Positions 15,496 through 28,649 of a stretch of 64,000 nt of DNA are shown in pieces. Each line of letters starts with the position of its first letter. Within the stretch, counting starts at the first letter, position 1. The position numbers and the translations under genes are program-made. The notes beneath the pieces were generated by a model, which was given only the letters and a program-made list of their open reading frames with translations, searched no databases and was not told where the DNA came from. The DNA comes from Neocallimastix sp. 'constans' (lineage: Eukaryota), in NCBI GenBank assembly GCA_050613775.1, contig JBODTK010000153.1:124001-188000 (forward strand), written 5' to 3'.

Positions 15496-18245
15496 ATGGA
15501 GGAAAAACAGACAGATGATAGCACCAATAAAATTCAACATTTACCATTTCTTCCTGGAAATGTTTTTGAGGATATAACTGTATTTATTTATTATTTAATT
15601 TAAATACATATCAAATGAAATATTAAAACAATTATTAAATTATATTAAAATAATAAAATTCATTTTAGAAAACAGATTTTCGAAGATCGCAGTCGTTATG
15701 GTATAATAATGGCTATATGACTTCAAGAAATTTAAAACAAGGATTAGGGGGTGATCCATTACCAGTTGAAGCTGAGTTATCAGCCGAAGAACTTTTAAAG
15801 GAAATTAATAATAATCCATATATTATTTATACTCATAAAAATAAAGAATTTTGTCCATATAAAAAAGATGGAATAAATGGTTATAATGAACTTCTTCAAG
15901 TACAAAATGAACCTCAACCATACAAAATACCTTCATATATTGCGTATGATAAAATGGTAATATATTAAATTTCTTATTAAATTATTTAATATATTATTTA
16001 AATTATTTATATAAATATGTTTTAATTTGTAATAAAATAGGTTCTTAGATTTTTTGGTTATTATAAAGAATCAACATATCAGTCATCTGAACAATATCAT
16101 TTACGTCAAGTTGTTATATATTATTATTTAGAAGATAATACAATGAGAGTTAATGAACCACAAATAGAAAATAGTGGAATTCCACAAGGTGTTCTTATAA
16201 GTAGACAAAAAATTCCAAAATCAAGTAGTGAATTCTATACACCAAAAGATCTTAATATTGGAATAAATGTTCAATTTTATGCGAAAACAATTAGAATTGT
16301 TGACTGTGATGAATTTACAAAAGTAAATAACAAATTTCATCATTATAAACATACATTAAAGGTAATAATTAATAATAATCAATTTATTATTTAAAATAAC
16401 ATATTATAGAGATATTATAAGGAAGTTGAAAAAATAGATCTTAATCCAGCCGAAAAGATGCCGGAAGATCCATATCAATTAGAAAGAAACAAACCTTTAA
16501 GAATTAAAAGTGATGAACCAAGGAATTATCCATTGAAACATTTTCTTGAAAATGATCGTAAAGTATTAAGATTTTATTGTGTTTGGGATGATAGAAGTAA
16601 TATGTTTGGTGATGTTCATGAATTTATAATTCATTATTATCTTGTTGATGACTGTGTGGAAGTTAGAGAAGTTCATAAACAAAATGATGGAAGAAACCCA
16701 TTTCCTCTTCTTCTTAAAAAGCAACAATTACCAAAAATATTCACTGACATGAATGGTCAGAATTAATAATAAAAATTATTTTATAATAATAAATAAATAT
16801 ATTTATATAATAACCAAATTTACATTTATTAAATAATTTTTAATATAGATATTGAATCAAGTGAAAAATATCATTGGTCTGATTTTAAAATTGGATCAGT
16901 AATAAATGTTTTAGGAAGAAAATGCTTAATGTAAACTTATTTATTCTTATTTTTTTCATTATAATGATATTTCAATATATACTTATAAAATAATATAATA
17001 TAATTTAGTTATGATTGTGATGAATATACGAGATATTACTTCATGGAGCATCTTGGAATGACCGCTGAAGAACTTAAGCCATATAATGTTCCAAGAGAAA
17101 AGTCTGCAGAAATTCCAAAACAAGTAATATAAAAAATATAAAAAATTAAAATTAAGTATATAATAGATTAATGAATATTATATTTACATAAAATAATGAT
17201 AATAATTTATTAAATAATTTAAAGGTTATTCCTCAATATAATGGATTTGGTTCAGAGGAAGATTCATTGGGTTCTGTAAAATATATTGTACTACAACCAC
17301 CAAAAAAGAATATCATTAAAATGTTAGAAAATGATCATATTGTATTAAGATTTGTTGCGAAAATGGTAATTTAATGTTATATAAACATTACTAAATATGT
17401 ATAAATTTAAGATATTAAGAGAATTAAAATATATACAGGAATCAAAATACAAACAAAACCAAGATAGAAGATTTATATTAAGTTATCATGTAAATGATGA
17501 TAAAATATCTATTTATGAACCAATGCAAAGGTAGTTTTTATTAATGTTATATAAAATTTTGATATTTTAGTCTTTATTTAAAATTAAATAAAAATATATA
17601 TATATTAATAATATTTTAATATAGAAATTCTGGTATTGCAAGTGGATACTTTGCAAAAGTTTTTAAAAAGACAGCGGGAATTACTGGTGGAAAATATTTA
17701 GAAAGTAATTATGTTAAAAAACCAAAAGAAAAAGCACAAGAAGAAGACGAAGAAGATATATTTAATAGTCAAAAATCAGCTGAACCAGTAGAGTATTATA
17801 CAAGCAAAGATTTATATGTTGGTGCTGTTATTAATATAAATAGTCAAATATTTACTTTAATTGATGCAGATGAATTTGTATTTAATTATATGGAATGTAA
17901 AAAAGATGAATATCCTATGTCTAATATAAAAGTAATTCTCCCAAAAATTATGGGTAAATTTAGTACTGATGAAAAAGAAGATTTAAAGCAGAAGTTTCCG
18001 ACAACTACTATAATTAAAAGAGAAGATTTTATTGAAGCTGTTTCACCATTATTCTTAAAATACTTAACACCACATGTAAATATAATTAATATAAATTAAT
18101 ATATAAAGATATATTTAGGAGATAATTATTAATAATAACTTTTTTTTGTAATATTTAGGAAATTATTACACTTTCAAGATCTTGTGAAGGCAATGATCAA
18201 AAAGTTGATATTGATAAAGTTATAAAAATAATAAATATATTATAA
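15496..18245 (+). CDS. EFHC1: EFHC1/Rib72-like DM10-domain axonemal microtubule inner protein, about 10 exons
   Basis: ATG 15496 gives MEEKQ...LPFLPGNVFED. Three DM10 domains begin YDKMVLRFFGYY, NDRKVLRFYCVWDD and NDHIVLRFVAKM. Other motifs: EPQIENSGIPQG, YNGFGSEEDSLGS, LIDADEFVFNYME. The last exon 18159-18245 ends in TAA and all introns are GT-AG. Confidence 0.93.
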
Positions 18246-19124
18246 TATTAATATATGAAAAATATGAAATATATGAATATATTATATATTAGTTTTATAA
18301 TTAATTTTTATTATATTAAAAGTATTATATAACATTCAGTAGTTTTTGTATTTTTTTTTAAAATAAATGTAATAAACATAATAATATTAAAAATAAAAAA
18401 TATATATATAAATTTATTGAATAAAAATATAATTTTTTATTTCAATTTTTTATATTAATATTGTTTCTAAGTCTATGATTTTTTTTGAAATCCACTAATG
18501 GAAATTATTTGATTATTATTTAAGTTTATTAGTAATGTATACTTTAATTCTTTTATGTAACTTTATATTTCTTGATTTCCATTTGTTAAATATTTGGTTG
18601 ATAGATAAATTTATCATTTTTCAATAAAAAAAATATCAAAGAAATATAATTAAACATCTGTTAATAAAATATAAAGAATTACATTTATATTTTTTCTTGT
18701 CTATTTAATTCATAATATTATAGTTAATATTATTTAATGTACTATTATAATTTTATTTATTATAATTTTATTTAGAAATTTTTATAATACAAAAACAGAA
18801 TGTATGTTATTATATATTTTATAGTGATATATTTAGTACATTATATGTTGTTAATTACTATTCATCTTTTTTTATTTAGCAAAATTTATAACATTTTGTA
18901 TTATTAATATATTTATTTTGGTTTTCTAAATGCTATCATTTCTGTTAATTTTGAGTGAAATATTTTATGGTATTGAAAAACTTTATTAAAATTGTTTGTA
19001 ATTAGCAAATATTAATATAAACATTGTTGTCAAAGATATGAATAATATAGAATCAAGTGTAAATATAAAAGTGACGTGGTGCCGATTATAAAAATTGCTT
19101 GTTGATGAAAGAGATGCATACATT

Positions 19125-20050
19125 ATTGATTTAATTGTTTTTCAATCTCAATTCCAAGTAGAATTATTTTCTAAAAGTAAACATGTTTTTGCTGATGGCA
19201 CATTTTATATTACATCTATATTCAGTTATTAAATATTCATAACTTGAACCTATGTTACAAAATTTAATTGTTTTTAGCTACTTCCTTTTCTATATTAAAA
19301 AATAAAAAGCAAACAACTTATGAAATATAATTTGAAGAAATAAAAAAAATTCCAGGAAATATAATATTATTGAAATTATACCAAAAATATTTCATTGCGA
19401 TTGTGAAAAAGCCATATCTAACGCTGCAGAAAAAGTTTTTATTAATGCAAATATTAAATATTGTATTTGGTATTTTAAAAGAGCAGTAGAAATTCAAAAA
19501 AATGAATTATGTTTTAATAAAGTTGAAAAAATAAAAGATTTATATATTTATTATAAAAATATTTTGAACTTTCCTTTTATTAATATATATATGATATTTA
19601 TATTAAAATAAAAAGTAAGTGCGAAGAGCATAATTATATTCAATTTTTAAAATTTTTAGAATATTTTAAAAAAACCTATTTAATTAACTATGAAACTGAA
19701 AATTGGAATTATTATGATAATATTAAACATATTTCAAATAATGTTTCAGAATCTTTTAATAAATACTAAAAAAAATTATTTGCAAAATAACCAACTTTTT
19801 TTCAATTATTATCAGAATTGCAAAAAGAAGAATCCAAATATTACATTGATTACGAAAGGTGAACAGCTGGAATTTTAAAAAATACAAAACAAAAAAAATT
19901 AATACGGACTGAGGAAATTAAGGCTTTAGTTAAATATTACAAAAATACGAAAATTCTATTAAAAAAAAAAAGAAAGTGTTAGAAATGATTTCATTGAATT
20001 ATAGTTGAAATGCTTAAATGATTTAAATATTAAAATTATTGATTAATAAT
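19125..20050 (+). mobile_element. Decayed Mutator-like (MULE) DDE transposase
   Basis: Translated patches DLIVFQSQFQVELFSKSKHVFADGTFY, ILKNKKQTTYE, PKIFHCDCEKAISNAAEKVF..IKYCIWYFKR and NWNYYDNIKHISNNVSESFNK match the MULE DGTF, CDFE..NA, CxxH and TNNxxESxN motifs. Many stops and frameshifts; no TIRs identified. Confidence 0.85.
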
Positions 20051-20457
20051 AAATTATTAAGAAATAACAGAAAATTGACCAAATGAATTCTGTCATATAT
20101 AATAATAATTTTTTAATAGTAAAAATTATTTTAAAAAGAGAATAAATGAATAAATACACTAATGATTAAAGTATTTTTAATTTATTGGATTAGGTTAGCT
20201 TAAAAACATAAAAATATATTTTTATAATTAAAATATTGTTATTGTAATATTATTTTTTACAAAATATTAAAATAAATCTTTATAATTAAATATATTTTTA
20301 TGATTAACTATTATAAATAATTAATTTATTACAGAATTATTAAAAAATATTTTAAATTAATTATTAAGTATAATAAAAACAAGTTTAAAAAAATTATTTT
20401 GAATTTTTATTTATTTATTCATTCATTTATTTATATCAAATACCTCATTTAGCGAAA

Positions 20458-20678
20458 TGCAACCTGGGGACATAAAACTCTCCCTCTATTCCGACAGTAT
20501 AAGCACAAAAAATAACAAAGAACCTCAACACTGAAAATCCAACAAGACAGACTAGCAGGGTCAATGTCTCTGAAGGAGAAGACCATAATTTCTTTCAGAT
20601 AGTCAATTCAAACCATAATCCGGAATAAGAATTCCCCTTAAACAGAAGTCTTATAATCTGGAGGTGAGGTTCGTTGCA
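20458..20678 (+). mobile_element. 221-bp LTR-like fragment (solo LTR or orphan 3' LTR)
   Basis: GC-richer island bounded by TGCAAC (20458-20463) and GTTGCA (20673-20678), giving TG..CA ends with a 6-bp inverted repeat. Internal TATAAG. No target-site duplication. It abuts the end of the copia remnant. Confidence 0.55.
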
Positions 20679-20679
20679 T

Positions 20680-22090
20680 ATGAACTTCTTTTTGAATTTA
20701 TTTATACACTTTATTTTGAATAGAACTTTTATTTCATATTACTATTCTAAATATTATTTTGTTCTAATTGAACAAATAATATTTATATTTTCTATTAATT
20801 TTGTGTTTTTATTTTTTTAAAAAAATATTCACGCTATTAATAAATGAATATTTTAGTATTTTTTATAAATTTAATACCAATAATGAAATCTACATAACCT
20901 ATTTCTTTAATTTTAAATTTATTTTTAATTTTTATTTTAACTAATATATATTCATTTTTATTTCCTGCAATTAATATGCTATCAACATAAACTCCTAATA
21001 TACAGGAAATGAATTTTCTTTCATTTTCTTATACATAAAGAAATTGTTTAAATCCGTAAATTACTTTATTTAATTTTAAATAAATTATATTGAAATTAGG
21101 GTAACCTTCGGGATATTTCATATAAACTTCTTTTTTAATCTTACATTTAGATATTTTTCATTAATATCAATTTGCTCAATGTTAAAATTATTATGAGTAG
21201 CAAATGATATTAATATTATTATTGAATAGTGTTACAAAAATATCGTGCTAATCTATTCTTTGTTTTTGAGTGTAGTATTTTGCTACCAATCTTGCATTCC
21301 TTTTTACTATTTTTACTTTTGCATTTTTCTTATATTTAAAAATCCATCAGCATGAAATTAAGATGGTTCTTTTCAGAATGTTTTTGACTATTGTGAATAT
21401 TACTAAATTTTTTATATTGTTTAATTCTTCTTTTTTACGGAATTTAATCTTTCCTTTTTATCTGGAAGTGTAAAAATTTCTTTAAAAGTTGTTGATTCAA
21501 TAGTATTTTTTTTGCTTATTTATTGGAAGTAATGCAATCATTATTGTTTATTTTCTTTTTAACTCTATATATATTTATTGAAGTATGGTCATTATTTTTT
21601 GTTTTCTTGATTATTAATTACTTTATTGTTATTCTTATTGATATAAATATAATTATTAATATTATTGTTAATTATTATATTACAATGATTTATTTATCTT
21701 TTAATTTATTATGAAGTGTATTAGTGTTATTATTAATTATATAATTACTAATGTTTTTATTATTATAGTTGTTATTATAAATATCATAATTATTTTTATA
21801 TGTGATGATTATTTATACTTTTATTATTATTATCTCTATTATTATCAGTATTATTATCAGTATTATTATCAGTATTATTAATATTGTTATTACTGCTATC
21901 CTTACTTTCATTATTACTATTATTACAATTACTACATAATAAACTTTTGTTTTATTTTAATATTTTTTATTTCTTATCGCTTGTAAGGTGTGATTCTTAA
22001 TATTAAGAATTTAATTAAGTTCTCATAACTTCAATATTTACAGTTAAGTTTTATATTTAATTGCATAAATACTACATGAATGAGAATAAT
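20680..22090 (-). mobile_element. Decayed Ty1/copia retrotransposon fragment (integrase-RT linker and reverse transcriptase)
   Basis: Minus-strand patches occur in copia order: Asn-rich linker, ESTTFKEIF..DK..EELNNIK, LISC*WIFKY, NARLVAKYYTQKQRID*, QIDINEKYLNVRL/EVYMKYPEGY, LKLNKVIYGFKQ, ILGVYVDSILIAG, VDFIIGIKF. Many stops and frameshifts. Confidence 0.88.
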
Positions 22091-23015
22091 AAATATAATA
22101 AATAAGAATTATAATATTTATTTAAATAACTATCTAATAATAAACATATTCATATAGTGGCTGATAGTATGCTATAAATATTATTATACATAATGTAAAA
22201 GTATAATGTAGTTAATATTAAATACATTATTATATAACTGAATTATTAAAATGGTTGAAATTGAAAATTTAGTTATAGTTTCAACAACACTACTTTTCCA
22301 CAAAAATATGTTTTGTGTAACATGAAAGTTTAAAAAATTTAGAATTTAATTAAAGAAAAAGTTTGTTGTAAAAAATTGATATTGAAATTTTAAATTATAA
22401 ATTGAAATTGAAAAATTTTAAATAAGGGATTAATAATGATAAATAATAATTAAAAATTTGCATTAATGTGACTTTGTATTAGTAGTATTATAACATACAT
22501 GAAAAGTATAAAAAGAATAATTTTAAATAAAGTTCTTAGATTATTTACATACATAATAATAAATATTAATCTTTATTACATTACTATACATTATATTAAT
22601 ATATTAGATTAATAATCTTTTATTAAGCTTGTTTATTAAAACAAAATATATTAATATTAATTAAAGTTATATAAATTTTACTAAAAACTATTTTAAAATC
22701 ATTAATTATTTTAATTGTGTGTTGTAAACATCCTGACCTGACTAGTTATTGAAATAAAGCCACAAACTTATTTTAAAAAAAAATCCTGTTTTTCTAAAAT
22801 TTTATAAAATAATTCTAAATTTTAAAAATTATAGGCTATAGTTCAAATTTTATTTATAATTATATTAATATTTATTCTTAATAATTTTATAATTTTAAGG
22901 ATATTTTATAAGAGAAATTATTAATTTATAAGTAAAATAAAATTTTATTTTGAAATTTTATTTTCATATATTAATTACTAACATTGATAATCTTATAATC
23001 TTGTTAAACAGTTAC

Positions 23016-23047
<32 letters not shown>

Positions 23048-23152
23048 TTATAATTTTTATTCAGTATTAATTTTCATTTTTATTTTATTTTATTTTATTT
23101 TATTTTATTTTACATATATAATATAATACTTTAAATAACAAATACTGAAAGA

Positions 23153-24771
23153 ATGTCAGTAAATCAAAACAATAAAGCAAAATTTACCAATTCTTTGGAA
23201 AAATGTAAAAATAAAATATTCGGATTAAATGATAATATCAAAAAAAATATTAATTCAATCCATTTTCATAAAAAAAAAGAATATAATAAAAGTAATGATA
23301 ATAATATAAATTTGGATACTAACAATAACAACGATAATAATAAGAAGAATATATTACAAATAAAAAAAGATAAAACAAAAAGTATTGATAAGATAAAAGA
23401 AAAAATTAAAGAAAAAATAAAAGAAAAATCTAAAGAAATAATAAAAGTAAAAACTGAAAAAAAAGACAAAGAAGAAAATGAAAAAAATGAAGAAAAAGTC
23501 AAAGAAAAAAACCAAAAGAACATTGAAGATAATGATAATAATTCTTATTCAATAACATCTTCGGTTTCAACAAGCTCTTTTACCACACCACCAGGATCAC
23601 CTTTATTAAGTGATAATAATGATTTAATAGACATTGATAATAATGTAGTATCTTCCTCAACAACATTAAATGTTTCTAATTCTGAAAGTGCAGTGGTATG
23701 CAATAATTACAATTTAATAATACAAAATTCAAAAGATAATATTAGAAGAAATAGTACATCTCATTCTGATGTTAGTTCAACTCATTGTCGAAGTTTCAAA
23801 AATGATAAAAAAAAAGCAACTATATATGAAATCGAAAATAGTAAGGAACAAAATAAAAAAATAATCGATACTATTAAAGTAATTAATAATTTAGTAGATG
23901 ACTATATAAAACTCATTACTGAAAAAACAACAGAAAAAGGTAAAAAAATTAATGCTCAACAAAAAGTAGAATTAAATAATTTAGAAAGTTTCTATAGAAG
24001 TACCGATCATTTAATTAATTTATTAAATGAGGATCGTTACCCCTTAATAGCTCTTATTGGTAGAAGAGGTAGTGGTAAAAGTTCTTTTGTTAATGCAATC
24101 TTAGGTAAAAAAGTAGTAGAATTAGGAAATATTCGATCACAAACGGGAAAAGCAAATCTTTTACAATATCGTGGAAATAATAATAGTGGTATTGATATTT
24201 TAGATACTCGTGGTATTAATGAAGGTCAAAAACCAATAGAGGAAGATTCATTTAATACCCCTGTTGGTAAATTTATATGTATAATAATTAAGAATGAAAA
24301 CAAATAACTTAAAACAAAATAAATAATAAATAGATAATAATTGATTATTTAATATAATATTAATATATCAAAAAAAAAAATTTTTTTTTTAATTCTCTTT
24401 TTTTTTCATTTTTTATTTTGTATAAATGTTTTATTATTATTAAAGAATCTATCGTCAATGCTCTTTTAAAATATCCAGTCGATTGTATTTTATATTTACA
24501 TAAAGCAAAAGAACTTGATTCAGGAATTGATGCCGATATAAAGCAATTAAATGAAATTATTATTAAAGCTAATCTTAAAAATTTAAGTAAATTAATAATA
24601 ATAATAATAATTTAATATTTTCATTATAAATTATTATAATTAGTGTTTATAAATAAAAAATATATTTTTAATTAAATAAAATTATAGAAATTCCAATTAT
24701 CGGTGTTATTACACATTGTGATGAACTTGAACCATCTGATTTAAAGAAACCATGTGATTGTAAGTGTTTAA

Positions 24772-24808
<37 letters not shown>

Positions 24809-26134
24809 ATAATAATAATAAATAATTAATGATAATAAAAACAATAACAATGATATTTTTATTTATATTAGCAATTAGTCATTATATAATTTAATGTACA
24901 AATTTTAAATTTATTATTATACTACTATATAATATATATATATATATATTTTTTTATAAAAAATATTTTATTATTATTATTATTATTTTTTTTTTTTTAT
25001 TATTTAATTTTAGATGATGAAGAAAAACTTGAAAATATTTTAAAAGCTCAAATATTAATGAAAAAGCAATTATTAAAATATGCACCCGATATTGAGGAAT
25101 GTTTAATTGGTGTTGAAACGGTTTCATCTTCTATTATATGGAATAAAAACCCAAATGAAGATGGTGATATTCTTCCAAAACGTGACTATCGTTATAATAT
25201 TGATAAAATTATTGATTTATTAATTAATAATATACAACTGAAAGCAATTTTTAAGGTTTTTGAATTATTTAATATAAGTATTTTTATATATATATTTTTA
25301 TTTTTTATTTTTTATTTTTTTTATTTTATTTTTATTTTTATTTTTTTTTTTACTAATACATTATATAATTTCTTATTCATTTTTTATCATAATAGGTGGC
25401 ACAGATTTGCAATATTCAAGAAATAAAAGTTAATCTTGCAAATGAACTTGTGGAAGTAATATTTTTATTAAATTCATATATACATTTTTAATAAAAATAT
25501 ATTATATAAAATGTTTATATTAGCAATATGTTTTTAATATTCTTTCGTTTTTTTTTTTTTTTTTTTTTTTATTATTATTATAGATTATTAGTACATTTGT
25601 AACAATCATTAGTTCTGTACCAAATCGTTATTCGCAAGATTTACCATTAAAGTAAATAATATAACGTTAATATAAAAATTTATTAAATTGATTTTTTATA
25701 TTATTTAAATCATATATTTATATAATAATAAATTTTAATAATAATTTTATTGTATATATAATAAAAGTGATTTAAGAGTATGGATGATTTATACTATTGC
25801 CAGATTAAATAATTCTACTGTCACTTATGAAATAGTTTATGAATTTTTAAATATGTTCGGATTTATTAAACTTTCAGGGTATGCCATTTATCAAGTTATG
25901 GGGACCATAACTAAAGCTATTCCAGGTGTTGGTAATAAAGTTAGTCTTCGTTCTAAAAAGGCTTTAACTTTATCTTTAGGAAAAGCAGCAATTGCTTATT
26001 TTTTAGAAAATAAAAGTCGAGAAATAGCCATTGAAATATTTAATAATACATGTTCAGAATTAGAAAAAACAATAGCAGAAGAAAGTCTTCAACAACATCA
26101 AGAAATGATCAATAGCTTAAATAATATAGAATAG
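23153..26134 (+). CDS. Era/YeeP-like (MMR_HSR1-type) GTPase with C-terminal DUF697/YcjF-like domain and a long low-complexity N-terminus, 7 exons
   Basis: Exons 23153-24266, 24446-24586, 24688-24759, 25014-25255, 25396-25455, 25584-25651 and 25768-26134 join in frame via GT-AG introns. G1 GRRGSGKS, G3 DTRG, G4 THCD. The C-terminus ..DLPLNDLRVWMIYTIA..EFLNMFG..KAIPGVG..TLSLGKAAIAYF resembles DUF697. Confidence 0.82.
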
Positions 26135-26344
26135 TTATAAGAAAGTAACTATTCCATATTAATTATTATTATCATTATTATAATTATTTTTTTTTTTTTG
26201 TTTCTTTACAGCTAAAAAAAAAAAAAATCAATCTATTTATAAAATAATTAAATATAATCAAAAATAATTTATAGATAAAATAAAAATTATCGTAATGTAA
26301 TTATTAATATGAATAAAATAATAATAATAATAAAAAAAAATTGA

Positions 26345-27605
26345 TTTTTTTTTTTTTTTAGACTTGGAAGAGAATGCACTTCCAGTGCTTTATTAAACAG
26401 ATTAAAATATTTTTATGTATTACATTTAATAAAAAAAATACATATATAATTAAAAGATAAAAAAATAAAATGTATGTAAAAGATTAAGTAAAACATAAAA
26501 AAAATAAAATTAAACATAAACAAATTTTAATTAATCATAGAAAATTTAATGTAATAAAGAATAAAAATAAGTTCAAAAGTTAAAAAAATTTTGGTGTGAT
26601 GTGTATTATGTGTAGTAACATGATCACCATTTAAATCTAAAATAATTAAACAAAGAAGTAATTCTTTAAAATAGATAGTGTGGTATCCACTAAACTCAAC
26701 ATTATAGATCTTTCAAAAGTTAATGGAGCTTTATTATTGAATAAAAAACTGGAAAGAAAATAAGGATTTTCTAACTTTAGTATTCATATAAGTGATAATA
26801 GGCTTAAGGGAAAGATCATTACTGAAGGGGATAGTAAATATACACAGATTAGTTATGGATAGAATACATACCAAGGTGAAATGTAGGTTCTTCATAACCA
26901 GGATATAAAACAAAATTTAAGGGTTTAATAACCATTGTAGCACATTTATTGATACCAAAAGACATTTCATTTTTATTAGCCCAACAAAAAACATGTCGAA
27001 GTAGAGCCTTCATTTTTCTTTCACTAGGGGCTATGAGAACAATATCATCAGCAAAAAGACCACCACAGCATTTTTTATTTCCAATACTATCATCACATTT
27101 ATCACAATTGTTTAAAATATTATTAATGAATAAATTAAACAAAATTAGTGATAACTGGCAACATTGTCTAACATCCCGATTAATAAGAAATTCATTTGGT
27201 AACATATCAAGGTAATGAGCTCTAGCTTTAGAAGTAATATAGAGCTAGAAATGAAATCAAAACATTTGTCACAGATACCAAAGTGAAAGATTTCTGTAAG
27301 AATGTTGAAAATGGAAACAGAGTCATAGGCTTTTTTCAGATCAAGAAAAGCTACCTATGTGAATTGACCTTTAAATTTTCTTCTTTGACAAATTTCTCTA
27401 ATAGAAATGTAGTGACTGATACATTCTTCATGATTGGGAAAACCAAGCTGTTCAGGTCTAATAAAATTATGTTCAAAAGCATGTTTAGAGATTCTATCTG
27501 TGACTATTTTTGATAGAATTTAAGAACGATATTGATAAGAGAGATACCTCTATAATTATTACAATTAGAAAGATCGCCTTTCTTTGGAATAGAAACAATA
27601 GATAG
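26345..27605 (-). mobile_element. 5'-truncated, internally deleted non-LTR retrotransposon (LINE) with RT remnant and poly(A) tail
   Basis: Minus strand reads IVSIPKKGDLSNCNNYRGISLINIVLKILSK, AFLDLKKAYDSV, VRQCCQLSLILFNLFIN, GGLFADDIVLIA and FGINKCATM, with frameshifts. The 3' end has AATAAA (26394-26389), a small hairpin and an A15 tail (26359-26345). Possible TSD AATTGA at 26339-26344 and 27606-27611. Confidence 0.88.
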
Positions 27606-28044
27606 AATTGAAGTGAAAATGAAATAATAAGAATAATCGTTATTGTGCTTAATTTACAGAACTCAGATTCTAGAATTTATTGAATGTTACTTTAAAGAAA
27701 GAAATATTTAAAAGAAAATTAAGGAAGCAAAACGTTAAAAGAGAAAAATTAAAAAAATTAAAAAAATTAAAAAAAGAAAAAAAAGAAAAAAAAGAAAAAA
27801 AGAAAAAAAATTAAAAAATTATAAAATTAAAAAAAATATAAAAAATTAAAAAAAAGATAAAAAAAAAAAAAAAATTAATAAAAATATTTTTTTATAAAAA
27901 ATTATTTTCAAAAACATAAAAGATAAATAAATAAATAAAGTCATAATCATTTTTATATATAAAACATATTATTTTTTCATAATAATTTTGAAATTTATAA
28001 ATAAATAAATTAATAATATTTTATTATATTATTATTTAAAAAAA

Positions 28045-28091
<47 letters not shown>

Positions 28092-28233
28092 AATAAATCA
28101 TTATTCTTCTTCTAATTTTAAATAGTAAAACAAAAAACAAAAAAAATAATATATATATATATATATATATATATTTTTTCTTATTTCAATAATTTAGAAT
28201 TATAACTACAATTTAAGCCTAATGAAGTGCATA

Positions 28234-28649
28234 TTTTTTTTTTTGAGAAAACTTTATTTAATTTATAATAATAATAAAATTATATGGTTTTAAGAAAAAA
28301 AATAAAATACATGAAATGAAATATTATATATTATAAAATTATTGAAGTGCGTTAGAAGCAATAGTTTCTAACTTTTCCTATTCATCGATAATAACACCAC
28401 GTCCATTATTGCGAGTAATAATTTCAGTATTAGTATTATCTAATGAATTTGTATCAGTTCTTTCATCAGGAGGTGAAAATCCATGCCTTATCATTTCGAC
28501 GTCGACGCTCTCGGCAACGATATATTCAACGGAATACCATTTCATCATCAATCTAAAAGATCGACAAATTAAAGGTATTACGTTTGTTAGAAACTCCGCA
28601 ATCTCCACAAAATACGGAAAAGTCGAGGAAGTTGAACTTTGTTTAAAAA
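28234..28649 (-). mobile_element. 5'-truncated retroposed insertion (probable LINE 3' end) with poly(A) tail and 14-bp TSD
   Basis: Flanked by TAATGAAGTGCATA (28220-28233) and TAATGAAGTGTATA (28650-28663). The minus strand carries an ORF tail (..PYFVEIAEFLTNVIPLI..DE*, stop 28378), AATAAA (28258-28253) and A11 (28244-28234). Confidence 0.75.
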
